From a virus: 64,000 bases of DNA. The stretch spans positions 1 through 64,000 of the IMG/VR virus record IMGVR_UViG_3300032309_001318, one strand, 5' to 3'. Within the stretch, counting starts at the first letter, position 1, and the number at the start of each line of letters is the position of its first letter. Shown here in pieces: positions 26,072-36,110 of this stretch. The notes below the pieces were generated by a model. That model had not been told where the DNA came from. It did not search any database and worked only from the letters and a program-made list of their open reading frames with translations. The position numbers and the translations under genes are program-made.

Positions 26072-26715
26072 ATAAACCACAAAAATTTTTTGAATCATAT
26101 TTAAATAATGATACGCAAGCACTATCAAAATATTTATATAAAATAAACGATGAAATTATTAAAGAAAATTCTTTAAATTTATCTAATGAGGTTTTAGATA
26201 AATATAAAAATTTACCAGGCGCAGCAACAAAAATTGGAATAAATCATTATAATATTTTTATGTTTCCAATCGATGAGATATATAACCTATATTGTGAATT
26301 AAAAAATCTTACAAAAAAAGCATGTGAATATTATGAAATAGATTTTAATTTTGAAAACTATGTAATACATGGCTGGTTTAATTTTGACTATAAGTCTACC
26401 GAGAATAAGGTCGATCCAGTAAAAAATCCAGAGCAACTTCATGATCATTTTGGAGGAACTGGCATACCACATTTTCACGGGTACTATTGTGTAAATGCCG
26501 AGCCATCCATAACATACTATAAGCTAGATAAAAATAATAATGATTTATTTGAAAATGTTAATAAAAATAATAGAGCAATTATTTCCGAAACTGGCTACCC
26601 CCATGCTAGAGGAGATTGGCAACAAGACCAAGCAAGAGTAACAATTGCATACGATATTGTTCCGTTTAGAGAGATTAGCAATAGTAAATCTATGAAATGG
26701 ATACCATTCAAATAA
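26065..26715 (+). CDS. 2OG-Fe(II) oxygenase-like protein (tandem paralogue)
   Basis: GWFN...LHDH...FHGYYCV...YPH...RVTIAYD. Confidence 0.75.
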   Translation: MLNKPQKFFESYLNNDTQALSKYLYKINDEIIKENSLNLSNEVLDKYKNLPGAATKIGINHYNIFMFPIDEIYNLYCELKNLTKKACEYYEIDFNFENYVIHGWFNFDYKSTENKVDPVKNPEQLHDHFGGTGIPHFHGYYCVNAEPSITYYKLDKNNNDLFENVNKNNRAIISETGYPHARGDWQQDQARVTIAYDIVPFREISNSKSMKWIPFK

Positions 26716-27530
26716 TGGAAAATATTGGTATATGCATTTACAGCTATCAAAATAAAAATTTATTTAAAACTGTATCTGAAATTATAGACAAATCTAGTCA
26801 AAAAAATATGTTATATTTTTACATTATTGATCAAAATAATGTAGACAGAACTAGATCCCTAGACCAACCAGATTTTTATGCATCAATTGTTTATAAATAT
26901 GTTACGTGGGACTCTATTAAAAGCCCAATTGAATATAAGCGGGATGCATTTAAGTCACTGAATAAAAAATATTATATGCAAATTGGAGACGATGTTTCAT
27001 TAGCTAAAGATTGGGACATCCATGCAGTTGAATTTTTAAAGAATAATAAAAACTCAATTTTATCTGGAAATTCTACGGTTACCTTAAAAAATAAAAATTG
27101 GTTCATGCTAGAGCCAGAAAGAGTACCATCTTCAAATTTTAATAAAATAAATTATATAGACAGAAATTTTATATTTGCATTGTCTGAAGATTTTGCAATA
27201 ATAAATCAACCAACTCACTTAAAATACTTTGGAGAAGAAGAAAGTATTTCAATAGATTTAATTAATAGTGGCGTAGATATTTATAATTTTCCAGACGAAT
27301 ACATATCAATTAATAAAAATTCAGTAGAGGATAAATATACCCCATTTTCTTTAACCCATAACTATAATCAATTTATTGAAAAATATTCAAATGAAATTCA
27401 AAAAAACTTTAATATAAATTTAATGCAGCTACCGTTTGAAGATAACGATGTTGCTTACGACACTGGCCAGTCTCAAATAGATAGAATGGGCGGATTAAGA
27501 TATCTTGACAGGATTAAGGAGATCAGGTAA
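26715..27530 (+). CDS. GT-A glycosyltransferase resembling Skp1-hydroxyproline GlcNAc-transferases (GT60)
   Basis: IYSYQN, YYMQIGDD..LAKDWD, NFIF, YFGEEESIS...GVDIY match the remembered family pattern. Confidence 0.6.
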   Translation: MENIGICIYSYQNKNLFKTVSEIIDKSSQKNMLYFYIIDQNNVDRTRSLDQPDFYASIVYKYVTWDSIKSPIEYKRDAFKSLNKKYYMQIGDDVSLAKDWDIHAVEFLKNNKNSILSGNSTVTLKNKNWFMLEPERVPSSNFNKINYIDRNFIFALSEDFAIINQPTHLKYFGEEESISIDLINSGVDIYNFPDEYISINKNSVEDKYTPFSLTHNYNQFIEKYSNEIQKNFNINLMQLPFEDNDVAYDTGQSQIDRMGGLRYLDRIKEIR

Positions 27531-28072
27531 TGTTAATAAAAATAGTAGAAGATTTTATATCAGAACAAGATGCATTTTCTCTTATGGAAGAGATGCAATC
27601 GCCGTCAAAAATAAACCCGTATCCAGAATACTATAAAGATAGAAACGGCGGAACTGCTTTCCCATATAACAATAGGGTAATGGATATACTTAAAAAATAT
27701 TCAGTAAGAGCAAACCACATTCAGAAAGAATTTTTTAACTTAAAAGACAAAGTAATTGTTACTAAGGCTTTTGGCTCGTGGTGGCAGCCAGGACAAAGTG
27801 GAAGTCCTCACATAGACGCAATTGAAAAAGAACCATTCATAGAATATAGCACCGTAATTTATTTAAATGACGAGTACGAGGGCGGAGAGATATATTTTCC
27901 TAAACAAGCATTTTCTTTAAAGGCCAAAAAGTATTCTGCTATATTTTTCCCAGGAAATGATTATCAATATATTCATGGGGTTAAAGAAATTACTTCTGGC
28001 AGTAGGTATACAGCCCTCTATATGCAATCAACCAAGCAAGAGTTCGTAGACCCAGATTTTAGGGAGTGCTAA
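27530..28072 (+). CDS. Prolyl 4-hydroxylase-like 2OG-Fe(II) oxygenase
   Basis: PHID...IYLNDEYEGGEIYFP...HGVKEITSGSRY. Confidence 0.88.
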   Translation: MLIKIVEDFISEQDAFSLMEEMQSPSKINPYPEYYKDRNGGTAFPYNNRVMDILKKYSVRANHIQKEFFNLKDKVIVTKAFGSWWQPGQSGSPHIDAIEKEPFIEYSTVIYLNDEYEGGEIYFPKQAFSLKAKKYSAIFFPGNDYQYIHGVKEITSGSRYTALYMQSTKQEFVDPDFREC

Positions 28073-28074
28073 TA

Positions 28075-28728
28075 ATGCAATATCAAGAGTTGGCTTTAGG
28101 CGTTGTGTATTATAAAAATATTATAAAAGATCCCAATGAACTAATTAATAAAATAGAGTCTTTAGAAGAAAAAAGAAGCCTACAAAAAGACTATAGGTCA
28201 CAATCAGTAAAGCCTTGGCAAGCATGGGACTATGATCACGGCAATAAAGAAAAAACAATATTCTGTTGGCAAAAATTTTTACCAAAGCCAAATGATATAG
28301 ATGTTAATGATTATTTTTATAAAGAACAACACGAAATATCTTCTGAGTTATTTAATGGTTTAGAAGATGGATTAAAACATTATTTTTCATTATATCCATA
28401 TGCTGAAAAAAATATTAAATCTAGAGAAAAAACAATGCACCTATTAAAATATAAAGAAAGCGGATTCCTACCAGCCCACTCAGACCATGGTATAAGCAGT
28501 AGAGTTTTATCGGCACTTCTTTATTTAAATGACGATTATGAAGGTGGCAACATAAGATTCCCGCATTGTAATATTGACATGAAGCCAGAAGCTGGAAGCC
28601 TATTGTTTTTCCCATCAAATTTTGTTTACGTTCACGAAGTTGATGCGGTAACAAGCGGAACAAGATATTCATTGCCAAACTGGTATCATAATAGAAAAAA
28701 CGCATACTACTCAGACGGGACAGAATAA
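28075..28728 (+). CDS. Prolyl 4-hydroxylase-like 2OG-Fe(II) oxygenase
   Basis: AHSD...LYLNDDYEGGNIRFP...FFPSN...HEVDAVTSGTRYS. Confidence 0.88.
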   Translation: MQYQELALGVVYYKNIIKDPNELINKIESLEEKRSLQKDYRSQSVKPWQAWDYDHGNKEKTIFCWQKFLPKPNDIDVNDYFYKEQHEISSELFNGLEDGLKHYFSLYPYAEKNIKSREKTMHLLKYKESGFLPAHSDHGISSRVLSALLYLNDDYEGGNIRFPHCNIDMKPEAGSLLFFPSNFVYVHEVDAVTSGTRYSLPNWYHNRKNAYYSDGTE

Positions 28729-29417
28729 TGATTATAGTAACTGGATCGAGCAGGGGAATTGGGAATGTAATAGCAAATAGGCTTTCTAAAAATGGATATG
28801 ATGTCATTGGCATATCAAGAGGTATGCCTCAAAACGATGTATCCTTTAAAACTTATCAAGCAGACGTAAGCCAAAAAAATACCTTAACTCCAATATTTGA
28901 AGATTTAAAAGAAAAAAATATTACAGTACAAGCTTTAATAAATTGTGCTGGAATACTAGAAACCCCATTTGTAGACTGGCTAACAATAGAACAGAGCGAA
29001 ATGGAATCAATATTTTCTACAAACGTAATAGGAACAATGAATTCTTGTCAAGTGTTTTTACCATTAATGGACAAAAAACAACATACACCAATAATAAATA
29101 TGGCAAGCCTATCAGCGCATTCAGTAACCGATTTTGCAATATATGGGGCAAGCAAGCATGCAGTATATGGATTTACAAAATCTTTAGCAAAAAAATTACA
29201 AAATACATCTATCAGACCAAACTGCATATCACCAGGCCCAATAAAATCAACAATGACAGAGGGCATACCAGACATGGCTTTTAAGCTATTTGCTGGCCCA
29301 CAAATTATTAACCGAACAGTGTTCACATCTGACGACATATGCAATATTGTAGAGCTTTTGCTTGACCCAAAATCAAGTAGTTTAACTGGACAAGCATTCC
29401 ACATTGGTGGATACTAA
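28728..29417 (+). CDS. Short-chain dehydrogenase/reductase (FabG-like)
   Basis: TGSSRGIG, NCAG, S...YGASK, NCISPG. Confidence 0.92.
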   Translation: MIIVTGSSRGIGNVIANRLSKNGYDVIGISRGMPQNDVSFKTYQADVSQKNTLTPIFEDLKEKNITVQALINCAGILETPFVDWLTIEQSEMESIFSTNVIGTMNSCQVFLPLMDKKQHTPIINMASLSAHSVTDFAIYGASKHAVYGFTKSLAKKLQNTSIRPNCISPGPIKSTMTEGIPDMAFKLFAGPQIINRTVFTSDDICNIVELLLDPKSSSLTGQAFHIGGY

Positions 29418-29442
29418 ACTACATTGATGGTATAATTTTTAA

Positions 29443-31182
29443 ATGTCATACTCTTATAAAATACTAAAAGACCATCCAATTGGATTCTGGCAACTAGATG
29501 ACTCTACGGCTACAGCAATAGACATTTCTGGATGCGGTAATAATGGAGTTTATACAGGAAGCCTTCCAAGCCAAACTAAAATAATGCCAATGGTTTCTGG
29601 AGGCCAGTACTCAGCAAAAATTACTTCCTTATCAAAAATAGAGTTTGCAATTATTAATGATTATTACGCACAAGCAGCAGGGGGAGGATTTGGAACGCTA
29701 GACACAGCTGATAATGAATTTACGCTAGAGTGTTGGATTTTACCAAAAATATCTTCTACAAACCTTACTCCAATTTTTATAGATTCTTCTAATGATCTTG
29801 GAATTGCTTGGCAAAACAACAATATTATATTTGTTATTGGCACCGAAACTTTAGAGTACACAGTTCCAGAAACTAATAAGTCTATTTATGTTGTATGCAA
29901 ATATTCAGTAAATTCAGCATCAATATATTTAGACGGGAACTTGGCTATTAGCAAAACAATAACTGGCGTTCCCTTTGAAAATACACAGGTCTTATTAAAG
30001 TCTGGGCCTACACAAAATAGCGCAGACGAGTTTTTAATAGATAATCCAGCAGTGTATAGATACTCTTTATCAGAAAAACAAATTAAAGATCATTACCTAA
30101 GTAATCAAAATACTTTACCAATACAGATTGCGTATCCAGATAATGGAGAAATTTTTAATATTTATGACAATGGAATGAGAACATCATTTACTTATAATTA
30201 TCCAAAAGATAAATCTTGGCAATATTTTTTAACAGAGGATCTTACGCTAGGTAGGTCAGAAGAATATATTCAATTATCTAAGACAGATTTATTAGAAACA
30301 AAAGAAGTTATTTTAAAAGATATTATATCTATGCCTTCTGGTATATCAATGGATTCTTCAAAAATTCAATGGGACGGTAGCTCTGGAATTTCTGTTTATA
30401 CAAGTCTAGACGGAGTGTCTTATGAACAATGCGAAAACGGATATTCAATACCTCAGTACAAGTATTCAGATTTTAACCAACAAAGATTTTTTCATTTAAA
30501 AATAGTAGTTTCTTCAACAGACTCCTCTAGATATATTCCAAAACTTTATTCATTATCAGTAAATTTTTACTCTGAGCAAATAGCTTATTCTAAAAATGGA
30601 GCGTCTTATGTTTATAAAATAGATAACCTAGATTATAGCCTTGGCAAAGAGGCTTATCCAATATTATCAATGAATAAATTAAATGGAGTATTAGTCCCAA
30701 ATAATTCAGGGTTTAAGGTAGATATTCCATATGATACAAATAGCATTGAGTTTTTCTATACCCCAAGCAGTATATTAAAAAGTTTATTAATATCATCTAC
30801 TGGTACGGAATTTAGCTGGGCGGATAGCGGGTCTATATCAAAAACTAATATATCTAAAATATACGTAAATGGTGAAGATAAAACAGCACAATCAAATATA
30901 TCCAATGTATTAAATTCAGGATATTTAAATCATATTGTAATTGTTTTTCAAGCACCCATCTCTGGAGATCTGGTCTTTAATTATAAAAGCACTGGGTCTA
31001 AGAAGGGCTCATATCAGCATATAACCCTATATAGGGATGCTTTAGATCAAAATAAGGCAATAACTCATTACAATTTATATACTGGAAGATCGGTATATAC
31101 CTCTACCGCATCTGCCATGTCGGTGACAGAAAGATCTCCTGAAATATATAATAATGACTGGATTGTTATTCAAAATTCATAA
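29443..31182 (+). CDS. LamG/concanavalin-A-like domain protein, probably virion-associated
   Basis: DHPIGFWQLDD...DISGCGNNG, FTLECW, IDNPAVYRYSLS..QI..HY; leaderless TGGTATAAT. Confidence 0.75.
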   Translation: MSYSYKILKDHPIGFWQLDDSTATAIDISGCGNNGVYTGSLPSQTKIMPMVSGGQYSAKITSLSKIEFAIINDYYAQAAGGGFGTLDTADNEFTLECWILPKISSTNLTPIFIDSSNDLGIAWQNNNIIFVIGTETLEYTVPETNKSIYVVCKYSVNSASIYLDGNLAISKTITGVPFENTQVLLKSGPTQNSADEFLIDNPAVYRYSLSEKQIKDHYLSNQNTLPIQIAYPDNGEIFNIYDNGMRTSFTYNYPKDKSWQYFLTEDLTLGRSEEYIQLSKTDLLETKEVILKDIISMPSGISMDSSKIQWDGSSGISVYTSLDGVSYEQCENGYSIPQYKYSDFNQQRFFHLKIVVSSTDSSRYIPKLYSLSVNFYSEQIAYSKNGASYVYKIDNLDYSLGKEAYPILSMNKLNGVLVPNNSGFKVDIPYDTNSIEFFYTPSSILKSLLISSTGTEFSWADSGSISKTNISKIYVNGEDKTAQSNISNVLNSGYLNHIVIVFQAPISGDLVFNYKSTGSKKGSYQHITLYRDALDQNKAITHYNLYTGRSVYTSTASAMSVTERSPEIYNNDWIVIQNS

Positions 31183-31245
31183 AGTTGTCCACCATAGCGA
31201 CAAAATGTGGACATTAATTAGAAAGAATGGTAAAATTAACATCTA

Positions 31246-31581
31246 ATGGACATTAAAAGAATTAATCAAAAAGTAGTAGAGGAAACTACACTAGGAATTT
31301 ATGTGTGGGAAATGCCAGACGGAAGATGGATTGGCGATGACGATGGAAACTTTTTATCAATAACAGCTAAAAAAGGTAACCGATCAAAGATGGATTTGTT
31401 GGCGAGAGAAGTAAGATCATATGGAATACACGAAGGACAGCCTAAATTTTTATCAGGTAGACGTAAAGTTGACGACGAAGAGTTTCAGCATCAAAAACAA
31501 AGACTAGAATGGGGACTAACACCAGATCCTCTTGACATAGGTGTTTACAAGGATTCATTAAAAAGCGGAGGCAAACAATAA
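31246..31581 (+). CDS. Hypothetical protein preceding the portal
   Basis: ORF track; TGGTAAAAT upstream; abuts portal. Confidence 0.8.
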   Translation: MDIKRINQKVVEETTLGIYVWEMPDGRWIGDDDGNFLSITAKKGNRSKMDLLAREVRSYGIHEGQPKFLSGRRKVDDEEFQHQKQRLEWGLTPDPLDIGVYKDSLKSGGKQ

Positions 31582-33165
31582 ATGGAGTTCATGAACGAAG
31601 ACCCTAGCGTCTCAGAAACTATTGACATATCAAACTCTGCAGACTGGATAAAGTTTAATAATAAAGAAGTTGTATTAAGTGATGATCCATTTAGCATTGA
31701 AGGCGAAGAGTTAAAGAAAGTTAATGGACTAAGCCCAACATTTCGTAGAAAAATATCTAGAGAGTTTCAAAAGCGTTTTATAGGACAAGAAGGAACTGGA
31801 ACACAACAGAATCTACTACAACAAGCAGTTACTGGATACGCAATGTTTGACCTTGTCCAACCAGTCTATAATCTTGAATATCTTTCAAAAATTTATGAGA
31901 TATCCCCATACAACTACTCAGCAATTAATGCAAAGGTTGCTAACATTGTTGGCCTTGGATACTCTTTTGTAGAAACAAAAAAAGCTAACGATGCTTTAGA
32001 TAATATTACTGATAAAAAACAATTAGAACGTGCTCGACGTAAATTAAATAAACTTCGTCAAGATTTAGATTATTGGCTAGAGGAAACAAATGAAGAAGAA
32101 ACATTTACAGAAACATTAGTAAAAGCTTATACAGATTTAGAGGCTACTGGCAATGGATACATTGAAATTGGAAGAACCGTGTCTGGGAATATTGGGTACA
32201 TCGGACATATACCATCCAAGACAATGCGGGTACGTAGACTTCGTGACGGATTTATACAACTTCTTTATGGCAAGGCAGTATACTTTAGAAACTTTGCAGA
32301 TCAAGAAACTCCTAACCCAATTTCTGGAGCAGAAGATCGTCCAAATGAAGTTATTCATTTAAAGAAATATACGCCAATGAACAATTACTACGGAATCCCA
32401 GATATAATTGCTGCACAAACTGCAATGGCAGGAAATGAATTTTCTGGAAAATATAACTTAGATTATTTTGAAAATAAAGCGGTTCCAAGGTATATAATTA
32501 CAGTAAAGGGTGCAAAGCTTTCACCAGAATCCGAACGTAAACTACTAGAATTTTTCCAAGTTGGGCTAAAGGGTAAAAACCATAGATCACTCTATGTACC
32601 ACTTCCAGCGGATACATCTGACTCTAAAGTTGAATTTAAAATGGAACCTATTGAGGCAAACCCACAGGAGTCTTCATTTAATGTATACAGAAAAGCAAAT
32701 AGAGATGAAATCCTTTTAGCACACAGAGTCCCAGTAAATAAAATTGGAGTTCCAGAAGGAGTCAGCCTAGCTTCAGCAAGAGATGCAGATAAAATGTTTA
32801 AAGAACAAGTTTGTAGGCCAGCTCAAGATATTTTAGAAAAGAAAATAAATAGAATTATTTCTGAAAAAACAGATGCATTAATGCTTAAATTTAATGAATT
32901 GACTTTAACAGACGAAGATACACAATCTAAAATTGATGAAAGATATTTAAGAATGCAGGTGATTACCCCCAATGAAGTTAGAATTAGAAAGGGTATGATA
33001 CCGATGGACGGTGGAGATGAGGTTGTTGATTTGCAGGCACAAGCAGCCGAAATCAAGGCTCAGGCATTAAATACCAGAAATAGAACTCAGGAAAGATCGG
33101 CCAATTCACCAGATAGTTCTGGGGAAGCCAGAAATCCAAAAGGTGAGGGTAGAGTCACAGCTTAA
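31582..33165 (+). CDS. Portal protein (PBSX/HK97-like)
   Basis: TGNGYIEI, EVIHLK...YYGIP, YFENKAVP, ILLAHRVP, ITPNEVR. Confidence 0.92.
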   Translation: MEFMNEDPSVSETIDISNSADWIKFNNKEVVLSDDPFSIEGEELKKVNGLSPTFRRKISREFQKRFIGQEGTGTQQNLLQQAVTGYAMFDLVQPVYNLEYLSKIYEISPYNYSAINAKVANIVGLGYSFVETKKANDALDNITDKKQLERARRKLNKLRQDLDYWLEETNEEETFTETLVKAYTDLEATGNGYIEIGRTVSGNIGYIGHIPSKTMRVRRLRDGFIQLLYGKAVYFRNFADQETPNPISGAEDRPNEVIHLKKYTPMNNYYGIPDIIAAQTAMAGNEFSGKYNLDYFENKAVPRYIITVKGAKLSPESERKLLEFFQVGLKGKNHRSLYVPLPADTSDSKVEFKMEPIEANPQESSFNVYRKANRDEILLAHRVPVNKIGVPEGVSLASARDADKMFKEQVCRPAQDILEKKINRIISEKTDALMLKFNELTLTDEDTQSKIDERYLRMQVITPNEVRIRKGMIPMDGGDEVVDLQAQAAEIKAQALNTRNRTQERSANSPDSSGEARNPKGEGRVTA

Positions 33166-33170
33166 TTATT

Positions 33171-33212
33171 AGGCAACCATTATTTGCCTTTTTAAATATA
33201 CAAAGATAAAAT
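33171..33212 (+). promoter_or_regulatory. Terminator-like hairpin overlapping promoter TTGCCT-N17-TAAAAT
   Basis: AGGCAA-N7-TTGCCT-TTTT; -10 ends 7 nt before the protease ATG. Confidence 0.5.
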
Positions 33213-33219
33213 TGAGCAT

Positions 33220-34530
33220 ATGAATATTGAAAAATCTTATTGGTCCAGCAATGGCGATAATATCAGCCTATCAGTTCCATTCACAAAAGTAAACCGTGAA
33301 AAGAGAACTGTATCTGGTTTTGCCACACTAGACAACCTAGATCAAACAAATGACGTTGTAACCGCAGAAGCAAGTCTAAAAGCATTTGAAGGTTTCCGTG
33401 GAAACATTAGAGAAATGCACGGGTCAAACGCAGTTGGTAAAATGGTTTCATTTAAGCCAGAAACATACTTTGACGCAAAAAGCGGAGAATTTTATAACGG
33501 AGTTTATGTAGATGCATACATTTCTAAAGGTGCACAAGATACATGGGAAAAGGTTTTAGACGGTACTCTTTCAGGATTTTCAATTGGTGGAAAAATTATT
33601 GAGTCTGATAACGAGGTTAATAAATCTACAGGTCAATCAGTTCGTTTTATTAAAAACTATTCTTTACTAGAGCTATCAGTCGTAGATTCTCCAGCAAATG
33701 AACTATGTAACATTATCTCAATTTCCAAAATGAATGGTCAATTAATTTTTAAAGGAATTGCAACAGAAGTTTCAACAGAAAATATTTTTTATTGTGAAGA
33801 AAGCGATTCTGTTTTTATGTCAAAAGAAAAAGAATTTAATTCTCCAATAACTGGTAAGCCAGCAAGTTTAATTGGCTGGGTAGAAAGTAACGATGTAAAC
33901 AAAGCTAAAGAAATAGAAAAGATTCTTGCTTCATTTAAGAAGTCAAGATTAACGTTGCCTGAAACACAAACAATAGCAAAACAGGCAAACGCACAAGGAG
34001 GTAATGAAGTGTCAGAAAACACAGAAACAGTAGCAGTTGAAGAAACTGCTCTAGTAGAAGTTTCAGCACCTGCACAAGATGCAGTAGTTGAAAAAGCTGT
34101 TACAGAAGACGTAGTAGCAGATACTTCTGCCGAAACCGTTGAAAAAGCAGCAGACGTCTCAGAGGTCGTTGTTGATGAACCTGATTTTGCAAAAATGTTA
34201 GGTGATTTAAAAGGCTTTTTCTCAGATACTCTAAGCAAAGCTTCAGAAGCTAATGCTGCACAGGTAACAACTATTAAAGAAACAGTTGAAGCTTTCAGCA
34301 AGAGCGTTGAGACTCAAATCTCAGAGTTGGCAGATAAACACACAGAACTCAGCAAAACAGTTGAGAACATCAAGAGCACGATTGATAATGTAGAAAAGCG
34401 TGTCGACGCAGTAGAATCAGAGACTGCAATTAAGAAGTCCTCAGACCTTGGCGGGTCTCAGGAAGTAGTAATACAAAAATCAAAATGGAACGGTTCTTTC
34501 CTCGGTTCCGTAAACGAACTATTTAAATAA
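33220..34530 (+). CDS. Prohead protease fused to scaffold
   Basis: REMH, GFSIGG, ELSVVDSPAN; acidic coiled-coil C-terminal half. Confidence 0.88.
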   Translation: MNIEKSYWSSNGDNISLSVPFTKVNREKRTVSGFATLDNLDQTNDVVTAEASLKAFEGFRGNIREMHGSNAVGKMVSFKPETYFDAKSGEFYNGVYVDAYISKGAQDTWEKVLDGTLSGFSIGGKIIESDNEVNKSTGQSVRFIKNYSLLELSVVDSPANELCNIISISKMNGQLIFKGIATEVSTENIFYCEESDSVFMSKEKEFNSPITGKPASLIGWVESNDVNKAKEIEKILASFKKSRLTLPETQTIAKQANAQGGNEVSENTETVAVEETALVEVSAPAQDAVVEKAVTEDVVADTSAETVEKAADVSEVVVDEPDFAKMLGDLKGFFSDTLSKASEANAAQVTTIKETVEAFSKSVETQISELADKHTELSKTVENIKSTIDNVEKRVDAVESETAIKKSSDLGGSQEVVIQKSKWNGSFLGSVNELFK

Positions 34531-34548
34531 AGGGTAGGTGAAATAAAT

Positions 34549-35601
34549 ATGAGCAATGAATTATTAGAAAAGGCAATTGCAACTGGCACAACAGCTACAG
34601 GAACATTTGCTTCAACAACTGGAGGAGAGGGAATTCACACAGGGTCAGAAAATGGCAATGGTGGACTACTTAATCCAGAACAATCAGCTCGATTTCTAGA
34701 CTACATGTTCGATGCAACCGTAATTGGTAAAGTCGCACGTACCGTTAGAATGAAATCTGATACAACTGAAATTGATCGCATGGGAGTAGGCGAAAAGCTT
34801 ATGAAACTTGCGACTGAAGGAGATGACGCAAACAGTGGTAACTCTGCTGTGACATTCTCAAAAATTTCTTTGACAACAAAGAAGTTACGTCTAGATTGGG
34901 AACTTTCAACTGAGTCTCTAGAAGACAATATTGAAGGTGCAGATCTAGAAGATCATATTGCACGTCTGATGGCAACACAGGCTGGTAACGATATTGAAGA
35001 TTTGGTTCTTAACGGAAACACATCTCTATCATCTGATCAACTTTACAAAGCATTTGACGGAACAGTTAAGCTTGCAAAAGCAAACGGTCACGTAGTAGAT
35101 GCTGGTGGAGCCGCAATTACTCGTGCTGTATTTAACAGCGCATTAAAGGCACTTCCACGTAAGTACAAGCAACGTCGTACAGACCTTCGCTTCCTTTCAG
35201 GTTCAAACCTGATTCAGGATTACTTATACGCAACTTCACAAAATATCCAAAACGTTAACCCACAAGATATTGCTTCTGGCATTATCCGTGGTGAGGTAGC
35301 ACCTGTATCTGGCCCAGCTGGATACGTAGCTCCATACGCATTTGGTATTCCAATTGTTGAAGTTCCATTACTAAGCGAGACACAAACTGGCTCATACTCA
35401 GGAGCAACAGGATCACACGGTGACGTCCACTTGACATTCCCAAATAACGTAGTTATTGGTATCAAGCGTGATGTAACTGTATACAGATTCTTCTGGCCAA
35501 AGAAGGACTCAATCGAGTACACAATGTATACTCGTGTTGGTGTTCAAATTGAGCAAGCAGATGCTTGGGTAGTAGTAAAGAACGTTAAGATTGCTTCCTA
35601 A
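34549..35601 (+). CDS. Major capsid protein (HK97 fold)
   Basis: GGLLNPEQ..RF, LSTESLEDNIEG, DIEDLVLNG; position after protease; terminator follows. Confidence 0.92.
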   Translation: MSNELLEKAIATGTTATGTFASTTGGEGIHTGSENGNGGLLNPEQSARFLDYMFDATVIGKVARTVRMKSDTTEIDRMGVGEKLMKLATEGDDANSGNSAVTFSKISLTTKKLRLDWELSTESLEDNIEGADLEDHIARLMATQAGNDIEDLVLNGNTSLSSDQLYKAFDGTVKLAKANGHVVDAGGAAITRAVFNSALKALPRKYKQRRTDLRFLSGSNLIQDYLYATSQNIQNVNPQDIASGIIRGEVAPVSGPAGYVAPYAFGIPIVEVPLLSETQTGSYSGATGSHGDVHLTFPNNVVIGIKRDVTVYRFFWPKKDSIEYTMYTRVGVQIEQADAWVVVKNVKIAS

Positions 35602-35620
35602 TTAGGAATTAATCCAAATA

Positions 35621-35655
35621 GAGGCCCCCAATTAATTTTGGGGGCTTCTCATTTT
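35621..35655 (+). terminator. Intrinsic terminator after capsid gene
   Basis: GAGGCCCCCAA-N6-TTGGGGGCTTC then T-rich. Confidence 0.8.
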
Positions 35656-35700
35656 AATTTAGTAATGCTATAATTAAATAACCTAGACTAAGGAGAATAT

Positions 35701-36096
35701 ATGTCATTTGAGACATTAAAATTAGCTGAACTTAAAAAGGTTGCCGAAGACTTCGGAGTAGACTTAGAAAACTTAAAAAGCAAAACAGACATAATTGCGG
35801 GACTATCAGAAGAAGGTGTAACTTGGGCGGTATACTCAAAAACACTTAAAGATATAGATGATGCAAAAGAAGAGATTGAAGTTTTACCAAGATTTGATGT
35901 AAAGAAAAAACAAAATAAAGACGAAGTTCTTGTAAGAATGGATAGATCTAACCATAGGTACGATACAATGGGATACACGTTTACAAAAGATCATCCTTTT
36001 GCAGCAATGTCAGAAGAGGCAGCTCAAGAAATTTTTGATAAGGAGGAGGGTTTTAGATTAGCCACACCAAAGGAAGCACAAGACTTCTACAACTAA
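35701..36096 (+). CDS. Protein with N-terminal Rho-N/HeH-like motif
   Basis: LKLAELKKVAEDFGVD...KTDII; AAGGAG RBS. Confidence 0.65.
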   Translation: MSFETLKLAELKKVAEDFGVDLENLKSKTDIIAGLSEEGVTWAVYSKTLKDIDDAKEEIEVLPRFDVKKKQNKDEVLVRMDRSNHRYDTMGYTFTKDHPFAAMSEEAAQEIFDKEEGFRLATPKEAQDFYN

Positions 36097-36110
36097 TTTA
36101 AACCTTTAAT

